This document shows positions 1 through 10,846 of a DNA stretch of 64,000 bases, piece after piece. Position numbers and translations under genes: made by a program. Position 1 is the first letter of the stretch; each line of letters begins with the position of its first letter. The DNA comes from an uncultured Nitrososphaeraceae archaeon. Lineage in GTDB: Archaea; Thermoproteota; Nitrososphaeria; Nitrososphaerales; Nitrososphaeraceae. The stretch lies in NCBI GenBank assembly GCA_963765895.1, contig CAVXZB010000038.1, positions 32,001-96,000 on the forward strand, in the 5' to 3' direction. The notes beneath the pieces are model-generated. The model saw only the letters and a list, made by a program, of their open reading frames with translations, had not been told where the DNA came from and ran no database searches.

Positions 1-20
1 GGCTGGATGGAACCTTCGAT

Positions 21-1253
21 ATGAAAATCTTATTTCTAACCGCGCATTTACCATTTCCTCCTGCCAGTGGAGGGCGCAGGCGAGAATTCGAATTATTGTC
101 CAGGTTAGGAAAAAAATTTGAGGTTCATTTGTGCTCATTGACTACAGATCTGCAAATTGATAGCGAGAATGCAAAAGAGTTACAGGGCTTTAGTCAAAGT
201 GTCAGTCTATTCAAAGCCTACAAAATTCCTCAAAACAAACACGCCTGTAAATATCCTTGGCTTATGAGAAGATATTATTCAGATCAGGCGATAATCCAGA
301 TTTCCAGGATGTTGGCAGAAAAAAAATTCGATATCGTCCATGTTGAAGGATACTATCTAATGCAGTTGGTGCATTGTAAATCTAGAGTCAATGTTCTGCT
401 CGTTGAACACAACATGGAATACAATCTGAATTTGCAGCAAATGTTATTGTCGACGTCTTTAGAAGAAGCATATTTCTATTGGCAAGAATACTACTATACG
501 CTCTATTGGGAGCGATATTACTGGAGAAGAGCAACCAAGATAATCGCAATTACTACTGACGATGAAGCCAGTATAAGACGCCTTGAACCAGACGTTAATG
601 TGATGTTTATCCCAAATGGCACTGATCACGGCTTTGCAGTTGATCAGAGTAATAAGCTGAAGATGTCTAATGATTGCAGTCTCCTTGATAGCTCTGTAGC
701 TCAAGTCGTTAAACAGGATATCCCATCAATTCTGTTTGTCGGTAATTTTCTATATTATCCCAATATTGATGCAGCACTGTATTTCTGCAAAGATATATTC
801 CCCCTGATTCTTGAAGAGGTTCCAAATGCTATATTGTTTATTGTAGGTAACTCCCCTCCAACTGAGATACTGGCATTGGAAGCCCAACACAATAATGTGG
901 TAATTACAGGTTATGTTTCTTCCCTTTATCCTTTCTATAAAACCGCAAAAGTAGTCGTATGTCCACTACGGATTGGAGGGGGCATAAAAGTAAAGATCCT
1001 CGAAGCAGTGAGAGCCGGCAAGGCAATCGTCAGTACTTCTGTAGGAGCACAGGGATTAAATATTGACAACCAATTATTACGCATAGCTGATAAAGTATCA
1101 GACTTTGCAAATTATGTGATTCGGTTCTTATCAATTGCAGAGGAACGCCATCATCAGGAGGAAAATGCATTGCAGTTCGCAAAGACAATGCCGACATGGA
1201 ATCAAGTTAACGAAGATTATATACGCTGCTATACCGAAATATCTGAACTGTGA
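21..1253 (+). CDS. Glycosyltransferase family 4 (GT-B)
   Basis: 410-aa ORF; N-terminal MKILFLT..PFPP.SGG, ILFVGNF.YYPNIDA and PLRIGGGIKVKILEA...GKAIVSTSVGAQG motifs typical of GT4. Confidence 0.9.
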   Translation: MKILFLTAHLPFPPASGGRRREFELLSRLGKKFEVHLCSLTTDLQIDSENAKELQGFSQSVSLFKAYKIPQNKHACKYPWLMRRYYSDQAIIQISRMLAEKKFDIVHVEGYYLMQLVHCKSRVNVLLVEHNMEYNLNLQQMLLSTSLEEAYFYWQEYYYTLYWERYYWRRATKIIAITTDDEASIRRLEPDVNVMFIPNGTDHGFAVDQSNKLKMSNDCSLLDSSVAQVVKQDIPSILFVGNFLYYPNIDAALYFCKDIFPLILEEVPNAILFIVGNSPPTEILALEAQHNNVVITGYVSSLYPFYKTAKVVVCPLRIGGGIKVKILEAVRAGKAIVSTSVGAQGLNIDNQLLRIADKVSDFANYVIRFLSIAEERHHQEENALQFAKTMPTWNQVNEDYIRCYTEISEL

Positions 1254-1689
1254 TTCCTAAAAGCAGGTAAATCATAGGCCTAGAAGAAAACAGTTAGTAT
1301 TCTCAAGTGATTTTATTATATGGTCCTCCAGCCTCATCGAATGAGAAAGTGATTTAAAGGCGATCTCATGGTTCTCGCAAAACCAGTTAAAGCATTCTTG
1401 ACACGTTTTATCAGCTAGTTCATACAGTTATTCCTGACTTAAATAGTCTAATCGGTAAGTGACATGATATGAATTACTCTGCGTGGCCATTATTCTGGTT
1501 GCTAGACTATCATCACAAACCATAAAATATAATGTATAATTGGAATGTAAAATTATATCCATAAGAGTCGGGTAGGACCGAAGAGCATAGTGACCAAAAA
1601 AGAAAATTAGTATTCAATTGGTCTATTTAGATAAAACAGCAGGAAGCGTTTTCGAGAGCTAGCTGCAATCTGCTTGAGTTGAAGATGAG

Positions 1690-1956
1690 CTACGAGTACT
1701 GCTTATGAACATAGCACCACCGCCATGACTTGTTTGGAAGTGCGGCCATAACCTTATGGTCAGTATTTTGATAGTGTTTTGTAGCATGAAGACCTACGGA
1801 CGAGTCACAGCAGCCAACATGGCCACAAATTAGACACATACGTAGAGCAACCCAGTCTGTATTCTCCTTTTCACATTCTTCGCAACCTGCGGTTCTGGGA
1901 ATTATGTTATTTTCATTTAGACCAATAAAGTGTTCGCAATTTTTGTTTTTATTCAT
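1690..1956 (-). CDS. UBP-type zinc finger protein (stand-alone)
   Basis: CEH...GCEEC...WVALRMCLICGHVGCCDSS...HATKHY..T.H...W.WCY zf-UBP pattern; ATG at 1956 preferred over TTG at 1974. Confidence 0.88.
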   Translation of the reverse strand: MNKNKNCEHFIGLNENNIIPRTAGCEECEKENTDWVALRMCLICGHVGCCDSSVGLHATKHYQNTDHKVMAALPNKSWRWCYVHKQYS

Positions 1957-2510
1957 GCTAAAGCAGAGGTCCAAAATATGATTAATATCTTGTATTGTTT
2001 TTTGCGGGGATTCTGGGCAAAGTCAATCATAGTTTCGAGTAATCCTGTATGTTCATCTATTTAAATCCCTGCGATGATCATGAATATTATCAAACCATGA
2101 CTAAATCAATAATGGATCATGCCGAATGAATTATTAGAAATTGCAACTAATGATTTCGAGGTTTTTCATGCTATCGTATCTTTTGGTAATAAATTATGTT
2201 TTCGAAAATACCGTAGCCAAATGGGTTTTTCTGGTAACCAAAGAGTGTGAAAATTATAAATCGCCTAGCTACTTAGCATATTGGTCCCATTATGTGACTC
2301 ATGACGGTCTGCGTTAGTACCCACCATGGAGCTTTATTCTATTTCTTTGATTCGTATGTGTAAATCCATATCTCGATGTCGCTTATAGGTTCGAAGAGAC
2401 GAGATGATTCGAGTTATCTTCTGTAAAAGGTAAATAATTAGTATCATGGCAACTATTCGTACGAGGTAGAGAAACTTAGAATATGGGCAAATTTATATTA
2501 TTTTATTTAA

Positions 2511-2900
2511 ATGACTTATAACAAACTCAGGGAGGACGAAAGAAGAGTTATAGAAGAGAAGGCAACTGAACCGGCTTTTGTCGGTAAGTATGACAACTTT
2601 TATGAACCAGGTACCTATATTTGTCGTAAATGTAATGCCCCTCTTTTCACATCCAAGAGCAAATTCGATGCGGGTTGTGGTTGGCCAGCTTTTGACGATA
2701 GCTTTCCTAGTGCGTTGAAGCGAGTGCCGGATCCGGATGGAATGCGAACTGAAATAGAATGTGCTATGTGTGGCGGTCACCTTGGTCATGAGTTTGTGGG
2801 GGAATTTTTAACACGAAAGAATACAAGAGAGTGTGTCAACTCACTGTCTATCCAATTTATCCCTGAGGGAAAGGATCTCCCTAAGCAGATCGAGGAATAA
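2511..2900 (+). CDS. msrB: Peptide-methionine (R)-S-oxide reductase
   Basis: TEPAF.GKY, CxxC, SKFDAGCGWPAF, RTEIECAMCGGHLGHEF, RECVNSLS motifs. Confidence 0.95.
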   Translation: MTYNKLREDERRVIEEKATEPAFVGKYDNFYEPGTYICRKCNAPLFTSKSKFDAGCGWPAFDDSFPSALKRVPDPDGMRTEIECAMCGGHLGHEFVGEFLTRKNTRECVNSLSIQFIPEGKDLPKQIEE

Positions 2901-3566
2901 TTATACCTGACGTTAGGTACTTATCTGTCTATTATAAGACATTGTGGTTGAAGATGCTTCGACTACGAAACTTGGCTATTGACGCACTCCACCATCCTTT
3001 GGCTATACATTTCAATTCGAACCGCACTAAAGTATACGCCTTATAATAAGAAGCAAACCTGAAACAAACTATCAAACCAAAATCCAGACTGGTGAATCAG
3101 CAAAACTGTTGATAATGATGCTTTAGTACGGATAAATGCCAAATAAGTAATTTAATTTAATTAAATACCTTTATAATAAAAAACGGCATTTTTATTCCTT
3201 ATATTAATTATATACCCAAGCGTATACAATCATATGAAACTCCGATTTCATTTCGAAATTAGCATGAGATCTCATATCACTTTTCTGATAGCATGCTGAT
3301 GGCTTTCAAAATTAAACTATATGATCCAGAGAACAGAAGTGAAGCTGAATTGAAATTATTTTGAAATAGATAAAACATTCAATAGAATTAACGTCGAACT
3401 AATAGCCATTCAACTTACACTTTAAGGGAATGTTCTGGCCGACATTGTATTGAAAGGGAGCACCGATATGACCGAGTTATAACTTGTGAATAAAACCCTT
3501 ATAGATAGCATCATTAATCTGCGTGGCAAAGGTTATTTCTCTGGTATGCTTGACAACTCAGAGTAT

Positions 3567-4982
3567 ATGTCAAATACTCGTGTGGAATCAGACTCTATGG
3601 GCGCGATTGAAGTGCCTTCAGTCCATTATTGGGGCGCTCAAACCCAGCGATCCCTTATGCATTTTTCGATTGGAGATAACCGTATGCCCAAGGCTATCGA
3701 TCACGCCTATGGGTATATAAAAAAAGCCTCTGCTATAGTAAATTTGGCTGAAGGCCTACTATCGAAAGATAAAGCTGATCTTATAATCAAAGTCTCTGAC
3801 GAAATTATTAGCGGAAAGCTGGATGAGGAGTTCCCACTTTATGTTTGGCAAACAGGTTCGGGAACCCAGACAAATATGAATGTAAACGAAGTAATTTCTA
3901 ACCGAGCTATTCAGTTAGCAGGAGGGGCTATGGGATCCAAAAACCCAATCCACCCTAACGATCATGTCAATCTGTCGCAATCCTCAAACGATACGTTTCC
4001 AGCTGCAATGCACATAGCCACGGTAATGGAGTTTGCTAATCATCTTATTCCTAACGTCGATTTGTTGATCAGGTCGATAAAGGACAAAGCTATCGAATGG
4101 GCACATATAACAAAAATCGGCCGTACACATTTACAAGACGCAGTGCCACTTACCGTGGGACAAGAATGGTCTGGTTATGCCATACAATTAGCGGATGCTG
4201 TTGAAGTAATTAAACTGTCAATGAAGGGGTTATACAAACTCGCTATTGGCGGGACTGCGGTAGGTACTGGACTAAACGCTCCCAAAGATTTTGGACAGAA
4301 GGTGGCCTTGGAAATATCAAGATCGACTGGTTATCCTTTTGTAACCGCTCCAAACAAATATGCTGCGCAAGCGTCACTTGACGCCATGGTTAACTCTAGC
4401 TCATCTTTGCGTATGTTAGCGGTCGTGCTTATGAAGATAGCAAATGATATACGTTGGCTTGGGTCAGGTCCCAGAGCAGGGATCCACGAGCTGGTTCTAC
4501 CAGAAAACGAACCAGGGTCTTCTATCATGCCTGGTAAGGTCAACCCTACCCAAGAAGAGGCCATGGTTATGGTATGCATACAAGTGATGGGAAATGACAA
4601 TGCAGTAGGGATTGCTGGCTCACAGGGTAATTTTGAGCTCAATGCTATGCGTCCTATTGTTATTAAAAATGTCTTGGAATCTTCACAAATCCTAGGAGAT
4701 GCCTGTGACAAACTTCGCAGATACAGTATAGATGGGATAAAGCTTGACAAGGAGAGAATAGACAAGTATGTTAATGACTCTTTGATGCTTGTCACCGCCC
4801 TAACCCCTGTGATAGGATATGACAAGGCAACATCAATAGCACATAAAGCATTCAAGGAGAATCTGACTTTAAAGGATGCGGCCATTTCTACTGGCTATAT
4901 TAGTTCGGAAGATTACGACAAGATTATCGATCCGTCCAAAATGGTAGGAGATCCTGATAATGATTTGAAGACTATTGACTAA
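3567..4982 (+). CDS. fumC: Fumarate hydratase class II
   Basis: R.ESDSMG...YWGAQTQRS, WQTGSGTQTNMN.NEVI, HPNDHVN.SQSSND, KIGRTHLQDA.PLT, GSSIMPGKVNPTQ signature; ATG 3567 matches the usual N-terminus (frame open from 3486). Confidence 0.96.
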   Translation: MSNTRVESDSMGAIEVPSVHYWGAQTQRSLMHFSIGDNRMPKAIDHAYGYIKKASAIVNLAEGLLSKDKADLIIKVSDEIISGKLDEEFPLYVWQTGSGTQTNMNVNEVISNRAIQLAGGAMGSKNPIHPNDHVNLSQSSNDTFPAAMHIATVMEFANHLIPNVDLLIRSIKDKAIEWAHITKIGRTHLQDAVPLTVGQEWSGYAIQLADAVEVIKLSMKGLYKLAIGGTAVGTGLNAPKDFGQKVALEISRSTGYPFVTAPNKYAAQASLDAMVNSSSSLRMLAVVLMKIANDIRWLGSGPRAGIHELVLPENEPGSSIMPGKVNPTQEEAMVMVCIQVMGNDNAVGIAGSQGNFELNAMRPIVIKNVLESSQILGDACDKLRRYSIDGIKLDKERIDKYVNDSLMLVTALTPVIGYDKATSIAHKAFKENLTLKDAAISTGYISSEDYDKIIDPSKMVGDPDNDLKTID

Positions 4983-5333
4983 CAAGTTAATTAGTTAATC
5001 GTGCTTGAATTTTCTTACCCATACTATTATACCAGGAATCAGTAGGACAACGGGATTATAGTGCCCACATTTTTGGATCAATCAATATTTACTATTATTA
5101 CCCTGACTGGAGAAATTTCTATTAATATCTCACCTTAATCCTACTCTAGTACAATGGAGGATACTACCCAAATTACTAAATTTACTTATGTATTCATTAA
5201 TCATAATTTTAGGCAAATTCTTAGAAAGACTTCTCATGATATATGGTGATATGATTTATTTTATAGTACACTCTAATAAGACGGATTTTTTAGTATCTCG
5301 ACATAATTTTTAACCATTACATTGGCTTTCAAA

Positions 5334-5752
5334 TTATTCACCCATTATTTGTACTACGATATTCCGTCGCCTAGGTTGGGTATCCATTTCTATTACGACT
5401 ATTTGTTGCCATGTGCCTAGAAGTAAAACATTGTTCACAAACGGAATCGTTAGGCTTGGACCAACCAAGGAAGCACGAACATGCGAGCGGCCGTTACCGT
5501 CATGCCAAGTATTATCATGCTCGTATTCAATATTACTTGGGGCTATTCTGGACAGCATTGCTGGAAAATCTGTTTGAGTCCTGGTTCATATTCGATAGTA
5601 GTTACGGCAGCCGTTGAACCTGAAACAAAAACGGTAACGATTCCGTTAACTATTTTGCACTCTTCCACCATCCTTGATGTCTGTTCTGTTAAGTTAATTA
5701 GGTCACCTTCACCTGCAGACTTAACTTGGATAGTCTTAGTGAGAACTATCAT
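5334..5752 (-). pseudogene. yjbQ: YjbQ/UPF0047 (secondary thiamine-phosphate synthase) family, frameshifted
   Basis: Two ORFs (5543-5782, 5334-5558) join into GIVTVFVSGSTAAVTTIEYEPGL...YEHDNTWHDGNGRSHVRASLVGPS...LGTWQQI; one-base shift near 5570, possibly a sequencing error. Confidence 0.88.
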
Positions 5753-6532
5753 AGTATTGAGATTTTTCACGTCGGTCCGCACATTAGTTTATGGGTATAG
5801 TCATTAGTTGTTAATTTGCTTGAAATTATGCAAACTCTTATCACTTAAAGGGCTGAGGATACTTGACAGAATTATTTGAGTTCGAAGGAAAAATTATTCA
5901 ACTAACGGCGAGCGACATATAGTAACCAGTCTTTTATATCTCACATCTGTTCCAACAATCCAAATTGCAATATCAAAAACAATATTGCACCCTCAAACCA
6001 CGGATTGGATCTAATCTATAATATTAAGTAACTAGTCATCTGTTCTAGCATTTTGTGTGGCATCATTGCGTTTAAAAAGATCGGCTGTACTGCTCAAGAA
6101 TTGCAGTAATAATATAGAATCTGGTTACCATCAATTTTTTCAGCCTCTGGCATCTGTTGTAAATCCAAGCGATCCAAAGAACAATAAAATAGGCTAGCGA
6201 TATATTTAATTGAAGCCGACAGACGAGATAGCGCACTTGACCCGGCGCTGGGCCGAATATACCAGTTCGACGGTGTTAAATTAATCTTGAAACTTACTAG
6301 ACTCATGTACGACAACAAAAGAAATTGAAACCTATGAACGTAGATGCAATCCTGGGGGAACTATTAGGCAATTAATGATCTGGATCAATATCGTTATTGC
6401 CTCCTGTCACTATCTCTTTATTTCGAGTGTGATTTGGTGATTCTGCCGGGTAGTGTGTAATCTTGTAAGAATCTGGAATAATGACGGAATCCTTTCGCAT
6501 GGAATTGACGAGGGGCTCAAAAGTTAGTTTAA

Positions 6533-6880
6533 ATATCATTTGACGATCACTTATCTTTTTACTATCTCTTTCCAAATTTCTCTGATGCTACTCTAGAGGA
6601 AAAACCTCTTCACTTAAGGAATGATGAGGCGCACAAGGTTCAATCCAACCTTTTCAGTCTAACTCTACCTAAGGATAATGTCTGGGGAGAACCTGAAGGA
6701 CCAGATAACGCGATTACGCAAGGTTGGTGGAAAATGCTTAGGCCTCTTCCACCAGGAGAACACACTTTGCCTTATACGACAGGATATAGAGATTCGAGAA
6801 GTGATCCTAGTATTACCCATGGACAAGGCAATCTCGCTCCATATATACAAGCTGTGACATATCATCTTAAAGTAAAGTGA
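6533..6880 (+). pseudogene. C-terminal fragment of the Trp-rich uncharacterised family (paralogue of 7648-8253)
   Basis: Hand translation of a start-less open frame: ...HKVQSNLFSLTLPKDNVWGEPEGPDNAITQGWWKMLRPLPPGEHTL...VTYHLKVK*, aligning with YRVQSPLFNIILPEHNLFG..GPTRGISDGYWLFLESLP of 7648-8253. Confidence 0.8.
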
Positions 6881-7133
6881 GCCCCAGTGACGTTGTTAGA
6901 GTTGTGTGCTTCGAAAATGAAGGTTAAAGTTAAAACTAGCAAAATGTATGTTTCAAATATGAAGCAATGCAAATGAATTTCAGTTGGAGCTTGACTCATT
7001 AAGAAAGTTATTCAGGAGAACATCTAACTGATGGTCTTACCCTGCTCTTTTATACTGGTAAATTGTAAATCGTATACAGTGCGCGTCAGACGAGACAGAA
7101 CATTCTGATATTGATACCATTTAAGGGATCATG

Positions 7134-7403
7134 CTATGACAAAATATTTATTACTTCTAGGAGATCAAACCTTTTTAATTTATAACTGGAATCAAGACTA
7201 TCCTTAACATCGTCTCCATCTTGGCCTAGACTTATATCCTTACATGCTTTAGTCGGTACTCCTAACTCTAGATCTGGGTCTCCTTCTGCTACACTTGTAA
7301 TATACCGTATAACAGTCGAATTATTAGTCCTTTCCAGTACATTTGCTAATGCTACACAGGCAGTATTTGTAACATATAGTGAATTTATCATGAAGCAAAT
7401 CAT
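7134..7403 (-). CDS. Hypothetical protein (possibly a helical-repeat fragment)
   Basis: 89-aa ORF with protein-like composition, same strand as the upstream Trp-rich and YcaO genes; no recognised motif. Confidence 0.3.
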   Translation of the reverse strand: MICFMINSLYVTNTACVALANVLERTNNSTVIRYITSVAEGDPDLELGVPTKACKDISLGQDGDDVKDSLDSSYKLKRFDLLEVINILS

Positions 7404-7647
7404 ATATTCGCTAAATTATCTAGGAATTTTGCTCTTTAGATCTAGCAATGTATCCGAGAACAGATGTCTGCAGTACGCCCTAATCGCGATGCCTTTTACA
7501 GTCCTGTCATTTGAATATCGAAGCTTTCTGCCTCTAGTCTACTGGTATCGTTAGTTGAATCAATGGCAATGATTTTTAGTCCTAGTAAAGCTCCTCTTGC
7601 GACTAGGTTGCGGTATGAAGTGGTATTCGCAAAAACCTTCAAACGTC

Positions 7648-8253
7648 CTATTCGATTGTGATATCGTAGTTCGCTGCTATCCTCACCTTACCGGATAGAC
7701 ATGCACCCATGGTACGGATGATGTACGTTCTTCTAGGAAGTGATTCAAGGAATAGCCAGTAACCATCAGATATTCCTCGAGTCGGTCCTGGAATTCCCCC
7801 AAATAAGTTATGCTCTGGAAGTATAATATTGAAAAGCGGTGATTGAACCCTGTACTTCTGTAGTTCGTTCAGTTCTATTCCATCAAACGTAACTGATAAA
7901 TCCGAAACTATGTCCATTTCACGCTTTGCAAGTACCTGTAGCTGTTCTTCCGTTTTGATCGTTGGTTCATCCGCAAATGTAGCTCCAAAATTCAGGATAG
8001 GAAAAAGAACCGACTTTTCCGTAGGTACTGTGCATATCCTTTTACCTTCTCCACCGGTTGTCCCAGCCAAGAACCAAACTGGCCCACTTTGATTTATCTT
8101 AGAATTCTTACCTGTTTTATCATTCACTGGACTAGTTTCTATTGGTATTGAAAGTAACCATTGCCACCATCTGGCTGTCCATTCTGCATAACTAACGTTA
8201 TACGGACTTGAATTCGGTGAAACAATGATAAGTTTATCTTTTTCTATTGACAA
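7648..8253 (-). CDS. Uncharacterised Trp-rich family protein, no signal peptide
   Basis: PYNVSYAEWTARWWQWLLSIP, GPVWFLAGT, VLFPILN, DGYWLFLESLP; three paralogues nearby. Confidence 0.85.
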   Translation of the reverse strand: MSIEKDKLIIVSPNSSPYNVSYAEWTARWWQWLLSIPIETSPVNDKTGKNSKINQSGPVWFLAGTTGGEGKRICTVPTEKSVLFPILNFGATFADEPTIKTEEQLQVLAKREMDIVSDLSVTFDGIELNELQKYRVQSPLFNIILPEHNLFGGIPGPTRGISDGYWLFLESLPRRTYIIRTMGACLSGKVRIAANYDITIE

Positions 8254-8902
8254 TAGATTCGAAGACTCCTATGATTATCTAGAATCCGAGTGGCACGTAT
8301 TTAGCATTATGCCTCGCAAAGGTGAAGTCCGTCTACATAATCACCATGTGAACTCCGCCTACTCATTAAACTCAGTTACTAGACAATTTTCCTGTCTTAT
8401 GGACAACAATCGATCATAGAATTCTACACGAGCCCAGCAGTCAGAAATTACATTAAAATTATTGCGTGTTGTATCATAGGTCTTTAATTACCTGTAAATC
8501 CCAAGTGCTACAATTTATTAATCACCGATTACCTAGAAAGCATGTGCGTAGAAAGCTAGCAATTCTTAGAGCTTTGATTACTGGAGATGCGTCGATAGAC
8601 TACGTTGAGAAAACCTCAGTAAAGGGAACTCCAGGTGACACGACGTTAGGTGGCCATCAGTAGGTTCCCTTATTAAATCACTGTAAGAGGAAAAGGTTAA
8701 AAGACTGCTCAATTGGCATTGAACATTTTGCTGTTTGATTCATATTCGTACAGCAGCTCTGTATTTACTTTATTCGGAGTTTTACGGCTGTGGCTTTGAT
8801 CATCCTTCTAGTATGGACTGAGCTCAAGTCGTAAAATAAATCAATACCTGGTTTTGAATAGGGGTGTCATTTTTATCCAAAATAGAAATCATGAGATTTG
8901 AT

Positions 8903-10309
8903 CTAATCTCTGTGCATTTTCTTGAAATGTTCTTTTGCTCTACGCCCCATCACTGACTTTGTAACTTCAAATGTTTCAAGTCCTGGAACTATAGCCCTCA
9001 CAACTGGAATGTTAATTTCTGGATTAGTTAGATCAACAATTATGACTCTTTTTATGCCGGCATTCTTCAACCTTGAGATAATCAATTTGATATCGTTCAA
9101 TATATCATCGTTCGTAAATGTTTGAATTTCAGAGAACTTGATGATATTGTTATTTTTATCACATGTGCTGTTGCCGTGCTTCTTGGATGTGGATGCTGTA
9201 CGCATGAATTGCCACTTCCTTTTATATATCTCATCGTTTTCCTTATAGGATATTTTTTTTAAATCATCTCTCGCTCCATGAATATTCACGGCCCTGGTTT
9301 GAGAAGCTTCTGTTATTGCACGTATCAAGGCTATCCTACTATCAGGATGTGCACCGAACCCTTTGGCAAAATATCCGTAATCGTGACTTATCCATTCTAC
9401 CGACGCTGCAACGAAAGTAGGGATGCCAATTTCTTTTTGAGTTATGTTCTTTATTAACAATGAAATCCCTGCACTAGTAAATCTTCTAACCAATCGTTTT
9501 ATGGCCTCAAACTCTTTCGCAATTTCAGAAATATCAATCTCAGCAAAAATACTAGAATCATCAATAAATCTATCCTCACAGGCAACTCTTGCCTCAGGAT
9601 GTCCATACTTCAACGACTCCCAAATTTTATCCAGAATATTATATGGAATACAAGAGGCACACAAATCAGCTATACTAACTGCATCTCTTTCGATAACCTC
9701 ACATAAAGCATGACAAACTGCCTCTTCTAAAACATTCCCTGAAGCGAGGCCATTTGTATGCGTTAGTGAAAAGACCGAAATAGCAGGATCTCTTGGAAAA
9801 TATCTGTACAATGCTATTTCAGCAGGAACTAATACTTCTTCGTTATTCAGAAGATCAAATCCCACCAAGAAATCCAATATTGATTCTTTATCACTAAACC
9901 TGTCATTAACAGGTTCAACTACTTCAGCGGGATGTAATACCTTATTGTAAATTTTTGATAAATGCAAATAAGTTCCCTGAACAAAGTTTCTGTCAGAGGT
10001 GTTACCAAAAGAGGAATATCTTTCTATCGCTTCCATCAACGCACCCGCCTTTGCGTGTAATTTCGTAGTGCCCTTACCACTATACACCCAGAACAGGTCA
10101 TCTGTTCCAGGCAAAACCGCAGAATAATTCGGAATATACAACCTATCCATATATGTTATATCTGATATTCTAGTTATCCCGATTTTGTTAGTTACGGGAA
10201 TTATTTCAGCCAAGGTGTCACTGATAGGTTTCACTCTTGTAAATGCACTATCAGACGTAACATATTTCTTAGTACTCTTAAGAGACAACTCTTGAGATAG
10301 ATGTATCAA
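8903..10309 (-). CDS. ycaO: YcaO-family ATP-dependent amide-activating enzyme (thioamide/azoline-type)
   Basis: GITRISDIT.MDRL.IP, SGKGTT...A..GALMEAIERYS, TNGLASGN.LEEA..HAL.EVIERDA, GFGAHPD..IAL.RAITEA.Q.R, PVVRAIVPGLE: complete YcaO motif set. Confidence 0.95.
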   Translation of the reverse strand: MIHLSQELSLKSTKKYVTSDSAFTRVKPISDTLAEIIPVTNKIGITRISDITYMDRLYIPNYSAVLPGTDDLFWVYSGKGTTKLHAKAGALMEAIERYSSFGNTSDRNFVQGTYLHLSKIYNKVLHPAEVVEPVNDRFSDKESILDFLVGFDLLNNEEVLVPAEIALYRYFPRDPAISVFSLTHTNGLASGNVLEEAVCHALCEVIERDAVSIADLCASCIPYNILDKIWESLKYGHPEARVACEDRFIDDSSIFAEIDISEIAKEFEAIKRLVRRFTSAGISLLIKNITQKEIGIPTFVAASVEWISHDYGYFAKGFGAHPDSRIALIRAITEASQTRAVNIHGARDDLKKISYKENDEIYKRKWQFMRTASTSKKHGNSTCDKNNNIIKFSEIQTFTNDDILNDIKLIISRLKNAGIKRVIIVDLTNPEINIPVVRAIVPGLETFEVTKSVMGRRAKEHFKKMHRD

Positions 10310-10327
10310 CTCTGTAACAATACGCGC

Positions 10328-10345
10328 ATAAATATATATTCTTTA
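10328..10345 (-). promoter_or_regulatory. Probable BRE/TATA box of ycaO
   Basis: Minus strand reads TAAAGAATATATATTTAT about 20-35 nt upstream of the TTG start at 10309, consistent with a leaderless archaeal promoter. Confidence 0.5.
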
Positions 10346-10365
10346 TACTGCCTTCTTAATTTAAA

Positions 10366-10410
10366 AAATTTGAAGCTAATTGTAGGTTAGATGTTTCAAA
10401 TTTGAAGCAT
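10366..10410. promoter_or_regulatory. Candidate operator: 20-bp near-palindrome plus repeated half-site upstream of ycaO
   Basis: ATGTTTCAAATTTGAAGCAT (10391-10410) is self-complementary at 18/20; AAATTTGAAGC recurs at 10366-10376 and 10398-10408 (32-bp spacing). Confidence 0.5.
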
Positions 10411-10846
10411 TCTTTATGACAATGTATTTTCCATCTCGAATTGAATAGACTAGATATACGGTCACTCGTATCGGATTTCATTGTTCAAATGGAGTGTTGT
10501 TGTTGCTCTTTCTGAAGAGCCTTTATACAAGCAGAATAGAATAAACCGCCCCTCAGCGCATGTCTATGCATAACCGTAGCTATTCTTCTTTAGGATTAGG
10601 ACCAGATATTGTATACATATATAATAAAAAGTCGTGGAATCTCTAGAAAATAGTTCGGTGAATATGTAAGAAGATCCATTTTGAAGATTATCAGATATAC
10701 AATACCAAGTATCGCCTCAAATGTTCTACACCCCCTTCGAGGCCCAATAGACTGATTATCTTCACTGAATTGGGGTTTAACTCACCTAGTTGTCTTTAGT
10801 AGTCTTTCTGAGGCGGGTTAAATACTATTTTCTATCATCCACTCCA

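Noticed and set aside
4331-4885. 184-aa antisense ORF and similar shadow ORFs (e.g. 459-704, 9444-9713, 26270-26617, 43807-44193, 57039-57470)
   Set aside because: They lie opposite well-supported genes and have no independent motifs
6094-6575. Two short minus-strand ORFs (74 and 67 aa) downstream of the YcaO cluster
   Set aside because: TTG starts, no recognisable motif or precursor-like composition; cannot be supported as genes
6665-6865. 66-aa minus-strand ORF in the track
   Set aside because: Antisense shadow of the plus-strand Trp-rich family fragment
7495-7642. 48-codon minus-strand frame LKVFANTTSYRNLVARG...DIQMTGL directly after 7648-8253
   Set aside because: TTG start only, no motif or repeated core; insufficient evidence for a precursor peptide
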